Shown: positions 12,201-26,084, counted from the stretch's first letter. The stretch is 64,000 bases of DNA from Nymphaea colorata (GCF_008831285.2 NC_045138.2:18538001-18602000), one strand, 5' to 3'. The notes: generated by a model not told the origin, from the letters alone. A program made the numbers and translations.

Positions 12201-13668
12201 TGATTGTGCCGCTCCGGCTCACCAATCTCTCTCCACCGCACTTATTTTGTTTTACTGTACATTGTATTGTATATTTTGCCTTTTTGCTTTTGTTTTACGG
12301 CTGCTTTTGTATTGGGGGACTTCTTGTCCCCAAATTTTGGTATAAATTCCCATTTTATCGGCTCTCTCTTTCTCTAAATAATTTTTAAGCTGATTACCTG
12401 GTGTCTTTCTTATTGAGAGACCAAGTTGTTTTAAGAATTGTGGTAGAGGGAAGGATATGGCGAGATTTTAGAAAATCTTGCAATATTGACGAGACACAAA
12501 TTAAAAGGTAACAAGAAAATCTCGTGACATTCTAAAATTCTCAGCAAAAATGAATGTCACAATTCGTTTGTTACTTTTTTAATGTTTTTTCTATTTTTAT
12601 TGGCTTTTCTAATTTCTAGGTTTTTTTAACTTGTCAAGATATTTGTTGAAATTTAGTAAAATGCTCGAGAAAAAACTTGCTGATATTTTCCTGAGAACGA
12701 TACTTGTGACAATACTTTAAAAATTCTAGACCATTTAAATCAGAAAATGACACTCTAACCTTATCTATCTCCCTCTCTCTCGGTGCTACATTTCAAAAGT
12801 CATGTCTCTCCAAAATAAATTAGGAAGGAGCAAAAAAAATCGGGTGGTATACAATTGGAAGATCTCATGGTGTGCCCACATTAGTGGGTCCCTAAAATTA
12901 ATGCAAAGAAAAGTCTCCATGCATTTAACCAGCAAGTTCATGCATGCACAGACTGTCCACCAAGAACGTCAAGCAAGCCCAAATTATCTCAGTCACTTTC
13001 TCGGGCTCCAGCGGTCCTTTGGATCGACAGCGGTTGACAAGAGTTTAGACGATGAATATCTGTGTCAAAAAATCACTACAGATCTGGTGGATATGCAAGA
13101 GAAAATCGCCTTCTCCTTTTAGGTGGGCATTCTCGGATATCCTCGATCGGGTGCTGGCTTGGTGATCATGAAGTGGATGTGATTGGATCTGGATTAAGAA
13201 TTTGGATTCAGATATTGATAAATATTTGATCAGTTCAGATTTAGTTTTGAATAAATATTATATATCAAATGCCCTTGCGTTGTCAAAGTTGGTTGGATTT
13301 GGTTTAAAGTTGAATTCGAATAGTAGATTTGGATCAGATTCAGATATGGATATGATTTTTCTTCATTACCATTTGAATATGGACATCCAAAAAAGCATAT
13401 ATAGTTAAGAGCGCCCTCGATTAGAATATGGTCCATTAACATCCCTAACTTCCAGCACTTATTTTCATAAATTTCCTCATAAGCTTGTCTGTGAATATCA
13501 CGAAATGACATTTCTTGTTAGGAAATGCTCAATAACTTAATCACAATGTTAGGTCCCACTTAACTTATAATTGAGGGAATTAACAACAAACACCTTCCCT
13601 TACAAGTGGTCTTCTGATGGAACAGAATGATATTGGCAGTGAGAGTCCTGAACTCAAAGCAACAGAAG

Positions 13669-14374
13669 TAGGGCTGCACAACGAGTCAAGCCAACTCGGG
13701 CTCGACTCGTTTATAAACGAGTCGAGTTCGAGCTGAAAGTTAAGCTCGAGTAAATAAACGAGTCGAGTTCGAGTTGGAAGAACTCGACTCGATTAAACTC
13801 GACTCGACTTGATTTTAATTTTTTTTTTAGTTTTTTTCGTTTTTATTTTCATTTCGTTTTTTTTCCCTCTCATTTTTCTTTCCTCCCTTTTTCCTTTTTT
13901 GTTTCCATTTCGTTTTCTTTCCCACTCATTTTTCTTCCCTCCCTTTTTTCTTTTTTCTCTACATTTTATCTTCTCCCCACGCACACCTTTCATTTTTCTT
14001 TCCTCCATTTTTTTTTTCTCACCTTTTCTCTTCACGCACACTTTTTTTCTGGCATTTAATGTCAATGTCTCCCTTTTTCTCCTCCACGCTGATTTCTCTA
14101 TTCAGATCTCTCTTCTCCAGTACCATTAATGCAATGCCATTATCTGGTGTTGTAAAAAAACGAGCCGCATTTATGGCAGGTGTTGGAGGAACACCGTGAA
14201 GGACAAGAGTCGCTCTAGTCGAGCTCGAGCTTCAAAACAATTTCTCGAGTGGAGCTCGAGTTAAAGTAATGAAACTCGTATCGAGCTCGAGTCTAGCTCG
14301 AGCTGGTTAAATATGAGTCGAGCCGAGCTCGAGCTGGCTGAATTCGAGCTCGACTCGGCTCGTGTGCAGCCCTG
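13669..14374. mobile_element. Non-autonomous hAT element
   Basis: TIRs TAGGGCTGCACA / TGTGCAGCCCTG. Perfect 8-bp TSD AACAGAAG at 13661-13668 and 14375-14382. Dense CTCGAG/CGAGCTCG subterminal repeats at both ends and a pyrimidine-rich core. Confidence 0.93.
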
Positions 14375-17300
14375 AACAGAAGCCCTTATCGTAAACTTTA
14401 AAGGATATATGTAAAAAAATGAAATTTAATGAAGCTTTTATATGTAAATAGTAAATTTTGCAAGGCTGGTGCGGGCAACTACAATGCAGCTCTGCCATTA
14501 ATAAAAAGAGAACAAAGAACTGATTAATGAAGATTTGATGAAGTTGCCAATCAACAGGCCGCTGAAACATTATGCCTTCCGAATCTTGTTTTTAAGGCAG
14601 TGCCAGCAAACTCAGTTTTTGGGACGTCGGACTATGGTGAGCAGTTACTGGAGCCGAACCACTTAGCCTTTCTCAATAGTTTAATTCATTGTCACTGATA
14701 TCTAGAGATTTTTGAAAATCTTATGATATTTAGCCAAAAATGATATTGCCAAATTTTAAAAATATCAGAAAAGATGAATATCTCGTGATTTTCTCACGAT
14801 TTTTTCAGTGGCTCAACATTGAGTATCGAGTCCTACAGTACCACCTCCGAATTATATGAACACTTTTTGTGGGAAAACTTCATTTCGAGCCATTTGGATC
14901 TACTCCTTCATGTCGAGGGATGTCAATATGTCCATTTTGCATAGGACGTCGGAGCAAAATGTTTGCCCAAATCAAGATAATTTAATATATAACCACATAT
15001 AGCCAACTAAAGCTAATTTATAAATGGATTGATTTATAACCACATATAGCAAAATGTTTGCCCAAATCAAGTTAATTTAATATAAAACCACAAAAAATAA
15101 GTTAATTTACACACAATAGCTTGATTTCTTAGGACTTGGATAGCATTTGCTGTTTATGTTTGAGTTATATCCAGGTATAAATTTTCTAGAAAACGTACCG
15201 TTAGAAACATAAATGTTGGTAGATTGGATGTAATAGATATACTTGGAGTAGAGGACAAAAGGAGGGAAATCTCAAATTGATATCCAACCCTTATGCAGAA
15301 CGTAGTGGAATTCAGGATTCCCTTCTCACATGGTTTTCTGGAAAATGTGACACCTGACTGAAGTTAAACCATTAGCTAGCTTTTCTTTTCTAATTTAAGA
15401 CCAAAAAGATGGAGCTATTGACAAGGACAGTGCATGAGTGTCCTGGTCTCTTGCTTTTGGCGTCATTTGCTCCAAGTCTTGTTTGATTTGAACCCAGCAT
15501 TCACTTTCAGCTATGGATGCTTCAGTGGTTGATGCGGGTTCCTCCTTCGATCAAAACTCACCATCTCCTGTTATTTAACAAAGATGTCCAATGACAATGA
15601 AGATTTCTGGACAGGGAGTCTTCTTCACATAATACTGGACAGGGAGTCTTCTTCCCCCCTATAAATCCTCTCATTCCTTTGATTCCATATCATCATTGGA
15701 AAAGACAAACACCAGCAATTCTTCACCAACCAGAGATAAACCTCTTTCCCCTCCACCAAGAAAACAGGTTATGAAGAGATGAACAAGGGGGGCAACTTTA
15801 CATTAAATCTTCTAGCAATAGATTTTTCTCAAGGAAGACGAAAAAAGGCACTCAACAAATAGGTATTGCGAGAATTTTGAAAAATCTTGCAATAGTTACG
15901 AAAAAACAAATAAAACAAAAATATTGAAGAAAACTCACGAGATTTTGAAAATCTCAACAAGCATGAATATCTCACTATTTTTAGTGATTTTTTCCCTTTT
16001 TATTCGTTTTTCCATTTATTTTATTTTTTCTAATTTTTAGGTTTTTTTTAATTGCCAAGTTTTTTTCCAAAATTTTCCTAATAAAATCAAGTTCACCCGA
16101 GAAAAACCTTACCGATATTTTCCTGACAATAATATTTGTGGCAATGTTTCTTTAAAAATTCTAGGCCATTTTAATGAGAAAATCTCACTACTAACTTGAT
16201 TGATCTCCCTCTCTCTAGGTGCTAGAGTTTAAAAGCCATGTCTCCCCAATAAGTTAGAAGCTTCAAAAGAACAAGAAAATTTAGGTGATATACGATTGAA
16301 AGGTCAGGGTCTATACAATAATGGTGTGCCCACATCAGTGGGTCCCTAAAATTAATGCAAAGAAAAATCTCCGATTGCAACTTAACGTCAAGCAAGCCCA
16401 CCTTATCTCAGTCGCTTTCTCGGATCCCAGCGGTCTTTTGGATCTACAGCTGTTGATTAGAGCTTACTTGTTTGGAAGATGAATATATATGTCAAAAGCA
16501 ACTACAGATCTAGTCATGTTCTGACGCAAGAAAGAAGCCACGATGGATTGGATGGTCTCTTGATCCAGGTTTGGATTTGCATCTTGTAGTAAAACTTCAT
16601 ATTCAGGTTTGAAGCAAAGAGGAAGCAGCTAGTACTGCGATCTGTTTGCTACCCCATAGGATTTTAATGTACACGTTATTGAACCGAAATAATGGATAAC
16701 TGGATATGAACGACTTGGCTTAAGTAACTTTCCATTTATCAGACGAGAAGGGCTATGCTGCCACTGCAAAGGCAAGCTTAATTTGTTAGTTTTCATTAAG
16801 TCATCGGATACCTAACAAGAAAAAAACCAATCCTGATATACGAATACAAAGTCCTAAAAACTTTGGATGACCTTGGATGTTTATATTGCTGTTATATCCA
16901 GGAGCGAATTTCCTACAAAACGTACCGTTAGAAATATAAATATTGGTAGATTGGAGGCAATAAATAGACTTGGAGTGGAGGACAAAAGGAGGGAAATCTC
17001 AAAATGATATTCAAACCTTAACTACAGCCAAAATGCAGAACGTAGTGGAATTCAAGCTATGCTGTCGATGAAGAGAGAGAGAGAGAAAGTTCTTCATGTG
17101 CATCATTATATTAGTAAGTCGTATAGCATCACTCGTGTTTTGCCTCTAGGCTTCTCCATAGCCCCAACACAAGGAATATATCAGAAACACAAGTACTATG
17201 GGGATTTTGTAGTAATTTTTTGAAAAGGTACATCTTTTATAGACTATTTACTTTTTTCATTTTAATTTTTGTCTTTTATTATTTTTTTTTATTGTAAACA

Positions 17301-17704
17301 GGTGTTTCGGACACAAGTATGGCACCTATAACCAGGTTTACTAGAGAACGAAGTCCAAATTAAGTCAATTTATATACTGGTTTCATAGCCGACTCTATCA
17401 ATCACTTTAGTATTAATGGCTATTTTGTAATGGTTATGTCCAAAGTTTAAATTATTTATACAACGAACTTAATGGTATAAAACAGCTAGGACTACCTTGC
17501 AATGTGGTCCATTGTTAATTAAAAGCAGTAATCGTTGTGCAAAAGCGAAGAGTGCATGTATATCCCACATATATAAAAACCCTTGGCATATCTCTACAAG
17601 ATGCACTGCTTGCCATTCCTTTCCAGTGTGAGAGGAGGGAAGCCATTACAGGTGGCATTTATTGGTCTTGCGTAACTCCTCCTTCCTTCCATCCTCCTCA
17701 TAAG

Positions 17705-18626
17705 ATGATGGAGCTGCAGGAGGAGAACACAACAATCCAAATACAAGAAGATGCCGCACCCATCAGCGACTGGGTAGCAGACATCACGAATGATTACGAC
17801 GACTACGTTTCTTTAGGAACTAGAGGTGGTGGGCAGTCGGTCAAGTGCATTTTCAAATGGCCGCATGATCTTGTGCAACTTCTGGGGAAAGGCATCGATC
17901 ATGAACCTAAGCTGGTAGCCATTGGGCCTTACCACCACGGCCGAAGGGACCTGCAGCCTATGGAGGATCACAAGAAGAAAGCGCTTTTTAGAGTGCTCAG
18001 CTTGAGCCCCGGAGTTAAAGTATCTAGCTTCGTGGAAGCCCTCAAACAACGGGAGCAGGAGCTCCGCGATCAGTATGACGAGTTGGACACAAGAAACTGG
18101 CCATCGGATTCTTTCATAAAGATGATGCTTCTCGATGGCTGCTTCCTGCTTGACATGCTTTTTCCATTGGACGCATTTGTGGAACCGCCCTTGGACCAGT
18201 CCATCAACAATCAGCTGTTTGACACCTATCGCGAGAATGTGCTCGTTCGGGATGTATTTTACTTGCTGGAGAATCAAATTCCCGGCCTCGTCTTGGATGT
18301 GTTGGTTAAGGTAGGAAACTGCAAATATTTCCCAGACCCATCCAAGGGGCCGCTGCTTCATGAGGCTTTACACCTTCTAGACTATGTGAGGAGGAGGTTT
18401 ATGTTGGATCCTAAGGCATTTATTGACGGCGAGTCATGTGACAGCCCCTCAAATGTTCCAGGTAATTAAATCTTGATCTACACTTCACCAGCCCTTATTA
18501 AATCATGTGTGACACTCTCGAGCATAAATCTCTGTCGCAAGTTGTTCTTGTTTTAGTCAGTGGCGCAGCTAGAAAAATTAGCTGGAGTGGTACCTATTTA
18601 GAAACATAAACATTTGTATCTGAAGG

Positions 18627-18670
<44 letters not shown>

Positions 18671-19886
18671 GACTATGATAAACTCTTATCATGAGATTGA
18701 CTTTTCAGGTCTCATTCCAATCATGGACACCCCTTGTATATACACTCCGGGTGGATAGCAAAAGAGCAGTTCGTCATCCATGAACCTGAGTTTCTTATAC
18801 TTAGGAAAATTATACATGCAGATGAGAGCAAATCGTTAAAAGAAACTCAAGTTATGTTGCCTGTTGACAGTAAGTTTATACGAGAAAACGTATAGGTTGG
18901 AACATAAATTACCTATGTCTTCAAAATAAGGCACAGCAGTAAAGGAACATCAATTGTTTCAAGGGTTTTCCAAGATTATGGAGATTTTTTCTTCTTTTCT
19001 TTTGATCTTTTGCTTTTCAAAATCACTTTTTGAATCCTCAATTTAAATCACCTTTTCCAATGGTCACCGTCTTTCTTTTGCGTTTTTCTCTCCTATGTTC
19101 ATCTTTCAGCGCTTTATTTCTCTCTCTTAAGGTGCACATACTATCTAAATTCGCCTCTCAAAGCCTTTCTCTTTTTTTTTTCGTTAAAAGATCGATCTTC
19201 CCATAAAGGTCCATACTTTAGTGACAATTATGCCTTTTAGATTGATTTTAGTATTTGCACCTTGGCCAGAGAGGCAGGCGTCAGTCTCCGGCCAACCGGT
19301 TGATCGTCCGAGCACTGGTATCATTGCAATCCTCCCCAAGAAAAAAAAGTTTGTGCGGTCTGCGAGGAAGCTTGAGGCCGCGGGAGTCATCTTCAAGAAG
19401 TTAAAGGATAGCAATAACGTGTTCCACCTGAGCTTCAGTGGGGGAGTTCTCTCCCTCCCTGAGTTCGAGCTGAACGAGACATCAGAGGGACTATTGATGA
19501 ACATGGTGGCCTTCGAGCGAATGCACCCAGAGTCTGACGGAGGCGTCACGTCCTTCATGTCCTTCATGGATGCTATCATAGACACTGCCGAAGACGTGAG
19601 CATTTTGGGAAAGGCAGGAATCGTGACCAATAATCTGGGGAGCGATGAGGCGGCTGCCAAAATCTTCAACAAGCTCGGCGTGGTTGAGATGTTTAGTCCC
19701 TTTGATAAGGTCCTGGAGGAGGTGGTGACTTATGCATCCGCTCCTCACCATGGGTGGCGGGCGCACTTCGAGGATAAATACTTAGCTAACCCGTGGACCA
19801 TTCTCTCACTCACTGGCGCCCTTTGCCTCTTATTTCTAACCGCCCTCCAAACAGTATACACTGTCTTCTCCTATTACCCACACTAA
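17705..19886 (+). CDS. DUF247/UPF0481 family protein; exons 17705-18461 and 19270-19886 (457 aa)
   Basis: Motifs CIFKWP, PKLVAIGPYHHG, FIKMMLLDGCFLL, LLENQIP, SARKLEAAGVIFKK, NMVAFE, FMDAIIDTAEDVSIL, YLANPW plus C-terminal TM helix. Phase-1 GT-AG intron 18462-19269 joins in frame (1374 nt). Confidence 0.93.
18630..18668. repeat. (TA)n microsatellite in intron
   Basis: Uninterrupted TA run. Similar runs at ~615-640, 26088-26125 and 37165-37186. Confidence 0.9.
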
Positions 19887-21960
19887 TAGCTCAGGCAAGT
19901 AGAGAAAGGTCTGTTTGCCTATGTGCTACAGTCGCCAGTGCACAATCTCGCCAAGTAAGAGTTTGTTCTCGCCAAGTAAGAAGCCGTGGGTTGTAAGAGC
20001 TCCGCATTAGGCCAGACTGAAAAGGCCTGTCGGTTGCCAGCTTGGTATTTCTCTTAATTTTGCTTAGCCATTTTATTTTTCAGCTATAATTTTATTTCCA
20101 TAACATTATAAATTGTGTACCGCTAGTTCTTGTATGGTGGTGTTTGCTTATGTTTTGATTTGGTGCACCAATTTGAAGAACAAATTGGATATAGGGCTGC
20201 CCGCCTTCACTTTCGTCCACTCGTCTCTCTCTTTTATTTTTATTTTTATTTATTTTTTTTGCACATGATAAAAGCCTACGTCAAGTCAAATTCCTCTATG
20301 GCACCCATTAAATCACCTAGGGGAAAAAAAAAAAGAAAATTCTCAATCACCTATCAAAGAAAGAGCCACGATTCGGGAAAATAATAACCTAGCTGAATGA
20401 AGAAACATGCTTGAAAACTAAGATATATCATATCACCCAATGAATTTGGAGCTATTATGAAGAGCACACTTAACTTGCACTATTTTTAGAAATCTGCTCA
20501 ATTTTGCCAAAATTTACAATAAATATGTCACATTCATATAATTTTGTAAATTATCAGAAGAACAAAAATAAAAGAAACAAATTGAGTTCATGGATCAGGT
20601 TTGAGGAAATCCATTACGGTAAGGAATTAGAACTCGTAACCCTTCCTGCACTTGTGGGTGGCATGCATGCAGCTTCCAAAATCAAGCCGTCGATTCATCG
20701 TGCATGAACAAAGGGATTTCCTCATAGCTGAAAAAGGCAACAAAAAAAGAGCAGGCATTGGCATGAACTAATCGGTAAAAGGGAAGAAAAAGGGAACTGC
20801 ATGAAAAGCATTAGCACAGACCTAGCATCCTTACCCTCTTGATTAGTTCCAGGAGCTCCATAGCCCATGCACACTGCCTCAGCCTCTATCATCATATACA
20901 ATATAGATTTATTGGAAGGTTGAAGACGAAACGAAGTTTGTCATGTTGGAGGACGAACAGCAGGTAGCAGTCGAGGAGAAGTCGGAAAAAGTGGGAAGAG
21001 AACACTGTCGGAGAAGACGAAACTCCCGTAACTCTTCAAGAGGAGGAGATTATGAATGCCACCGGCGAACGTGAAACACCGCAGCTGTTACGGCGGAATT
21101 TTTTTGCAGAGAGGATGAAAGGCCGCAATATTTTACCATAAAAAATTCCATCCTTCGTCCATAAAATTTAAAACAAAAAATTCGATGCCCTCTTTCTTTC
21201 ACGCAATTTTTTCCATGACTACAGGTTTTGTCCTGGGACGGGGAGGCCCATGCGACTGCTGAAATTGCCGTCGCCGTCTCCCCTTCTTCCTGTACTCAGC
21301 TAACTAATTTTCCATTTTTCCGGAAAGCACCTGCTGCAAGTACGCCGCCATCTGTACAAAAAACCACTTTACAAAGAATAAAATGACAAAAGAAAGATGC
21401 TCATTAGGCTCTGAACTAAATCTATACTGAAACAATAAAAGCGTGAGGCTCGATCGCCTCTACATAAAAGATTTGAATCCCTGGAAATTTCACACCTAAG
21501 ATCTCGATCTCCTCTACATAAAAGATTTAAATCCCTGGAAATTTCACACCTAAGATCTTTATTTTATTTCTGTGCATTGAGAAAAATCAGATTTAAGATC
21601 GGAGGGGGAGGGTTTGATCTTGAATCCACTGTTCTCAAATCGTCGCGATCTCAAATCCAAGGCTGTCAAACATATCCTAAGGGATTGAGACCGACATTTG
21701 AGTTGTATCATGAACACAATACAGATGCATCTTTAATTTTTAGATACATGGTTTTGGTCGCCGTTTATCGTTCTATTTACAACTCATAGATATGTTCTGA
21801 ACCAAGATATGACAATCGATTGGATAATCTCTTGATCCAGGTTTAGAATTGCAGCTGCTGGTAAAACTACTTCAAGTTCAGCTTTTGGAGCAAAGAGAGA
21901 CCAGCTTGTATTGCGATCTGTTTGCAACACTGTAGTACTGTAAGAAAGTCATAAACCATC
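19880..21960 (+). repeat. Segmental duplicate of 25740-35022 (without the copia element and without 26412-27944)
   Basis: 19880-20548 aligns to 25740-26412, 20549-20927 to 27945-28322, and 20923-21960 is nearly identical to 33985-35022. Confidence 0.92.
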
Positions 21961-23845
21961 TATCGTGAAACATAAATAATTGGATGCACACACGACCGAG
22001 CCGAATAGTGGATATGAACTCTTTGACTTATTTAACTTTCCATTTTATCAGATGAGAAAATCTATGCTACCACTACAAAGGCAAGCATAATTTGTTAGCT
22101 TTCATTAACTCGTTTGATATCTGAAACGAAAAAGGCCAATGCTGATATATGGATGCAAATATTTGAGTTAGCCTCGTTTGAATGGGAGAGAGCAAAAACC
22201 TGATTATGATAAGAAAACCATGTTTTGCACATCATGCCTCGTTTTTTCCTTGATTGGATGCCAAGATATAGTTTTCGACAAAAATAAATAAATAAATAAG
22301 AGTTAATAGAAAATTACATGTAACAACTATGCACAGGCCACTTATAATTGGATGGAAAATGGTTGACCTCTCAAACTGCTATTCAATTGCCAGCCAACTA
22401 CGACTGAAAGTTTTGATTAAATTAAGAAAAAACATACATACTATATTCTAATTTGAATTCCAAATTCGAAATTTTAATCTGATCTGAATCTGGTGAAACG
22501 ATATTACAGTGAGTGCAAGAAGCACTTTTTTCATAGCTACATCTGATCCAAATCTGAATCTGAATCCGATCAATGTTTACTTAAAACTGAATCCAATTCT
22601 GATCAATTTTTAAATCCAAATAGGTAACTTGTTTCCCATCTTTGTTTCTATTTCATTCTATATCTCTAGTATGACATTCTGTTCTGCGATATTTGAGAAG
22701 CACCGTCAATAGCTCAGTGTAGATCCGGAATAATCCTTAGCTTCCTCTAAGCATGTATATGAAAAACAAAGATCAGAACGTAGTAGAATTCAAGATTCCC
22801 ATCGCACATGGTTACGTAGAATTCAAGATTCCCATCGCACATGGTTTTCAGGAAAATGTGACACTTGACCAATGGAAGGCCACGGACGTGTAGAGAAAAC
22901 CCGTCTCTTCTTTTTCGTGCAAGAGTATGATCGTCACGAAGAACTCTATACACCCTCTTCCCCATTTTATTTGTTTATTGGAGAAAGGAGATGACGGAAC
23001 CAGTGAAAGGCCACGGACGTGTGGAGGACACGGGGTCAGGAGAGCCTTTCCTGCTTTTGTTTGTTTAATAAGTGAGATCAAGGCGAGCGACTCTCCCACC
23101 TCTTACTCTAAGCCCTCCCCGTATGGCCTGGATCTCAAAACACAGCCGGTCCCGACTCTCTCCCTCCTTTTATTATTCAGCCTACATAATTTTATCTTTT
23201 AAAAATGGGTCAGTCGTATAAAATTGTAACAAGATTCGTCCTTTTCAAAAAAAGACGACAAAAGCGAAAAAGTAAAAAGCCGCATAAGAAGCGCGTACAA
23301 AAATGTGGTTTTTAGTGTTTTTTTTCACATTTTCTAACGCTGCATTTCTATTAACATATTTTTTACATTTTATAGTTGGGATTATTCTTTTGAACTTTTT
23401 AAAATTTGTCCACATCTTTCTAAAGTTTTTTCACAAAAACACTTTTACTGCATTATGCCCGAAAAAACGTTTTTTGCTTTGGTTTGTGGATAGGTTACAT
23501 GCATATCGCTAGCAACAAACAGTACATGAGTGTCCCGGTCTCCGGCTTTTGGCATCATTTGCTCCAAATCTTCTTTGAATTGAACCTTGCGGGCACGGTA
23601 GGTTCATAAGAAAGGAACACAAGTTCAGGGCCTTTTTTTTCACATGGAATGGCCATCTTCATCGGTGACCACATTTTTATTGGAACGAAAGTTTTTTCTA
23701 CAGCGGTCTTTTTCACATTTTCCTTTTTAAGATCGAGAAAAGCCACAGCAATGAGAATGAGAGAAGAGAGAGAAAAGCCATAGAAACTCCTGCAATCCTT
23801 CACTCCCCATTCCGTCCCTCCTTCCTTCCCTTCGTATACAGGACG

Positions 23846-25755
23846 ATGGCGGACGAGATTACAACAATCGATATGGATAATGGGGTAGCTACCAGCCATG
23901 GTGGCAGTGGCGACCGTGGTGGTTCACGAAAGTGCATCTTCAAATGGCCTCAGAATCTTGTAAAACGTCTAGGAGAGGACATCCCCCGTGTACCTCAGAT
24001 GGTAGCGATTGGGCCTTACCACCATTACCAATTGAACCTACTGCCCATGGAGGCTTATAAAAGGAAAGCGCTCTCCAGAGTGCTCTACTTGTCTGGCGGA
24101 CTTGAAAATTCCAATTTTGTCGAGGCCCTGAAACAAGTGGAGGAGGAGCTCCGCGATCACTACGACGGGCTGGATGCTCGAAGCTGGTCATCCGAATCTT
24201 TCATAGAGATGATGCTTCTTGATGGCTGCTTTTTACTCGACTTTCTTTTCAAACTAGACGAAAAAGTGAAAGGGCGCTTAGACGAGTCCAAACGCAGGGA
24301 GCTGCTTTACACCCCTGGCTACGCCGTGCTCATCCGGGACATACACTTGCTAGAAAATCAAATTCCTCTTCTCGTGTTGGAGGTGTTGATGAATGTTGCA
24401 GGAAAAGAAAATTTACGAATGCCATGGAGAAGAGGGAAACTGTCCTCTCAAGCCTTGCATTTGTTAAACTTGCAAAGAATGAGCCTCCTGGGTGAGAACC
24501 GCTTTCCCAGTCCTCCGCGGTCCACTCTTTTTTCAGGTAATTAAATGCCTCCATATACATTTTTCTTATATAGCTATTCAATGTTTTCCGGTCATCGTCA
24601 TCGGGCGCTCCACTCTTCCGGGTAGTTACATGGCAGGTAGTGAAGGTGGTATGATCCCACTGAAGTTGTAATCTGCCAGGTTCCTGCAACAAACAAAACT
24701 TATCCTTAAAAAAGAAACAGGAGTCGTAAGTTGAAGACTGCATCATGAATCTCTATTCAGTTGTATTTTCCAGCAAATATTGATATTTCCAGTCACTTGT
24801 GCAACACACACACACACACCTGCGCAGTGAGAGAGAGAGTCATGTCACACTTTATCGACGTACGAAAATTTAGTTCCAATAAATATGGTGGATCCTACTC
24901 ATCATGCTTACGATAAATGCTATGGAAAAACGTAGGGTGAAAAAACATTAAGGCTGGATTCAAGCCTACCATTAACAGACTCAAAAATCTATTATGTCCT
25001 TAAATCAAAAATCTCTTAGATAAAAAGTGATATGTTTCTTACCGAATAACTTTTTATTTGCAGCCAGCGCTCGACAGGCAGTTACGCGTATTGTCCGCCG
25101 TGTATCTGGGGCGGAGTCAGGGGCAGGTGCTATAACGCGTGAAGAGAACCTGCAGGGCGTTGCACTTGATACGCTTTGGACCATCCGTCGAAGGGACAGG
25201 TATCTGCGGTCTGCCAAGACGCTTCGCGCATCCGGAGTGACCTTCAAGAAGAGCAAACCCGAGACCGGCCTGTCGGGCGTGAGGTTTGATAAAGGAGTTC
25301 TCTACCTCCCTGAGCTCGTACTGAACGAGGCATCAGAGGGAGTGTTGATGAACATGGTGGCCTTCGAGCAAATGCACCCACAGTCTAACAGAGGCATCAC
25401 GTCCTTCATGTCCTTCATGGTTGCTCTGATAGACACTGCCGAAGACGTGAGCATCTTGGGAAATGCAGGAATCGTGACCAATAATCTGGGGAGCGACGAG
25501 GCGGCTGCTAAAATCTTCAACAAGCTCGGCGTGCTTGAGATGTGTAGTCCCTTTTTTGAGGTCATGGAGGAGGTGGTGACTTATGCATCCGTTCCTCACC
25601 ATGGGTGGTGGGTGCACTTAAAGGATACCTACTTAGCTAACCCGTGGACCATGCTCTCACTTACTGCCGCTCTGTACCTCTTATTGCTAGCTTCCGTCGA
25701 AACGGTATACACTGTCTTGTCCTATTACCACACCAATAATGGCTCAGGCAAGTAG
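23846..25755 (+). CDS. DUF247/UPF0481 family protein; exons 23846-24536 and 25064-25755 (460 aa)
   Basis: Motifs CIFKWP, PQMVAIGPYHH, FIEMMLLDGCFLL, LLENQIP, SAKTLRASGVTFKK, NMVAFEQ, YLANPW plus TM helix. Phase-1 GT-AG intron 24537-25063 joins in frame (1383 nt). Confidence 0.93.
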
Positions 25756-26084
25756 AGAGAGGTTTGTTTGGCTAAACCAAGTAAGAGTTTGTTTGGTTAG
25801 TCCACATATGAAAGAACTGAATAATCAAGATTTTTTTTAAAAAAAGTTGATTTTGATAGAGTGGGTTGTAAGAGCTGGGCATTAGGCCAGACTGGTAAAG
25901 GCCTGTGCAAGCCCTACTTGCCAGCTTGGTATATCTCTTAATTTTGTTTAGCTGTTTTATTTTTCACTTATAATTGTATTTCCGTAAACGTTATAAATTG
26001 TGTACTGCTAGTTCTTGTATGGTGTTCGCTTATGTTTTGATTTGGTGCAGCAATTTGAAGGACAAATTGGTTATAGGGCTGCTC

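Noticed and set aside
13793..14129. Lys/Arg-rich and Phe-rich ORFs
   Set aside because: Translations of the T/C-rich interior of the hAT element.
15569..15801. Possible solo LTR (TG...CA, TATAAAT)
   Set aside because: No matching 5-bp TSD, and the apparent start is shared with the paralogous block at ~10151.
17537..17704. N-terminal extension of the first DUF247 ORF
   Set aside because: Starts at GTG and spans a TATA-like element (~17570). ATG 17705 gives an N-terminus comparable to the paralogue.
17813..19766. Antisense ORFs over DUF247 exons (also 2402-2693, 25302-25617)
   Set aside because: Shadow ORFs of the coding strand, with no independent motifs.
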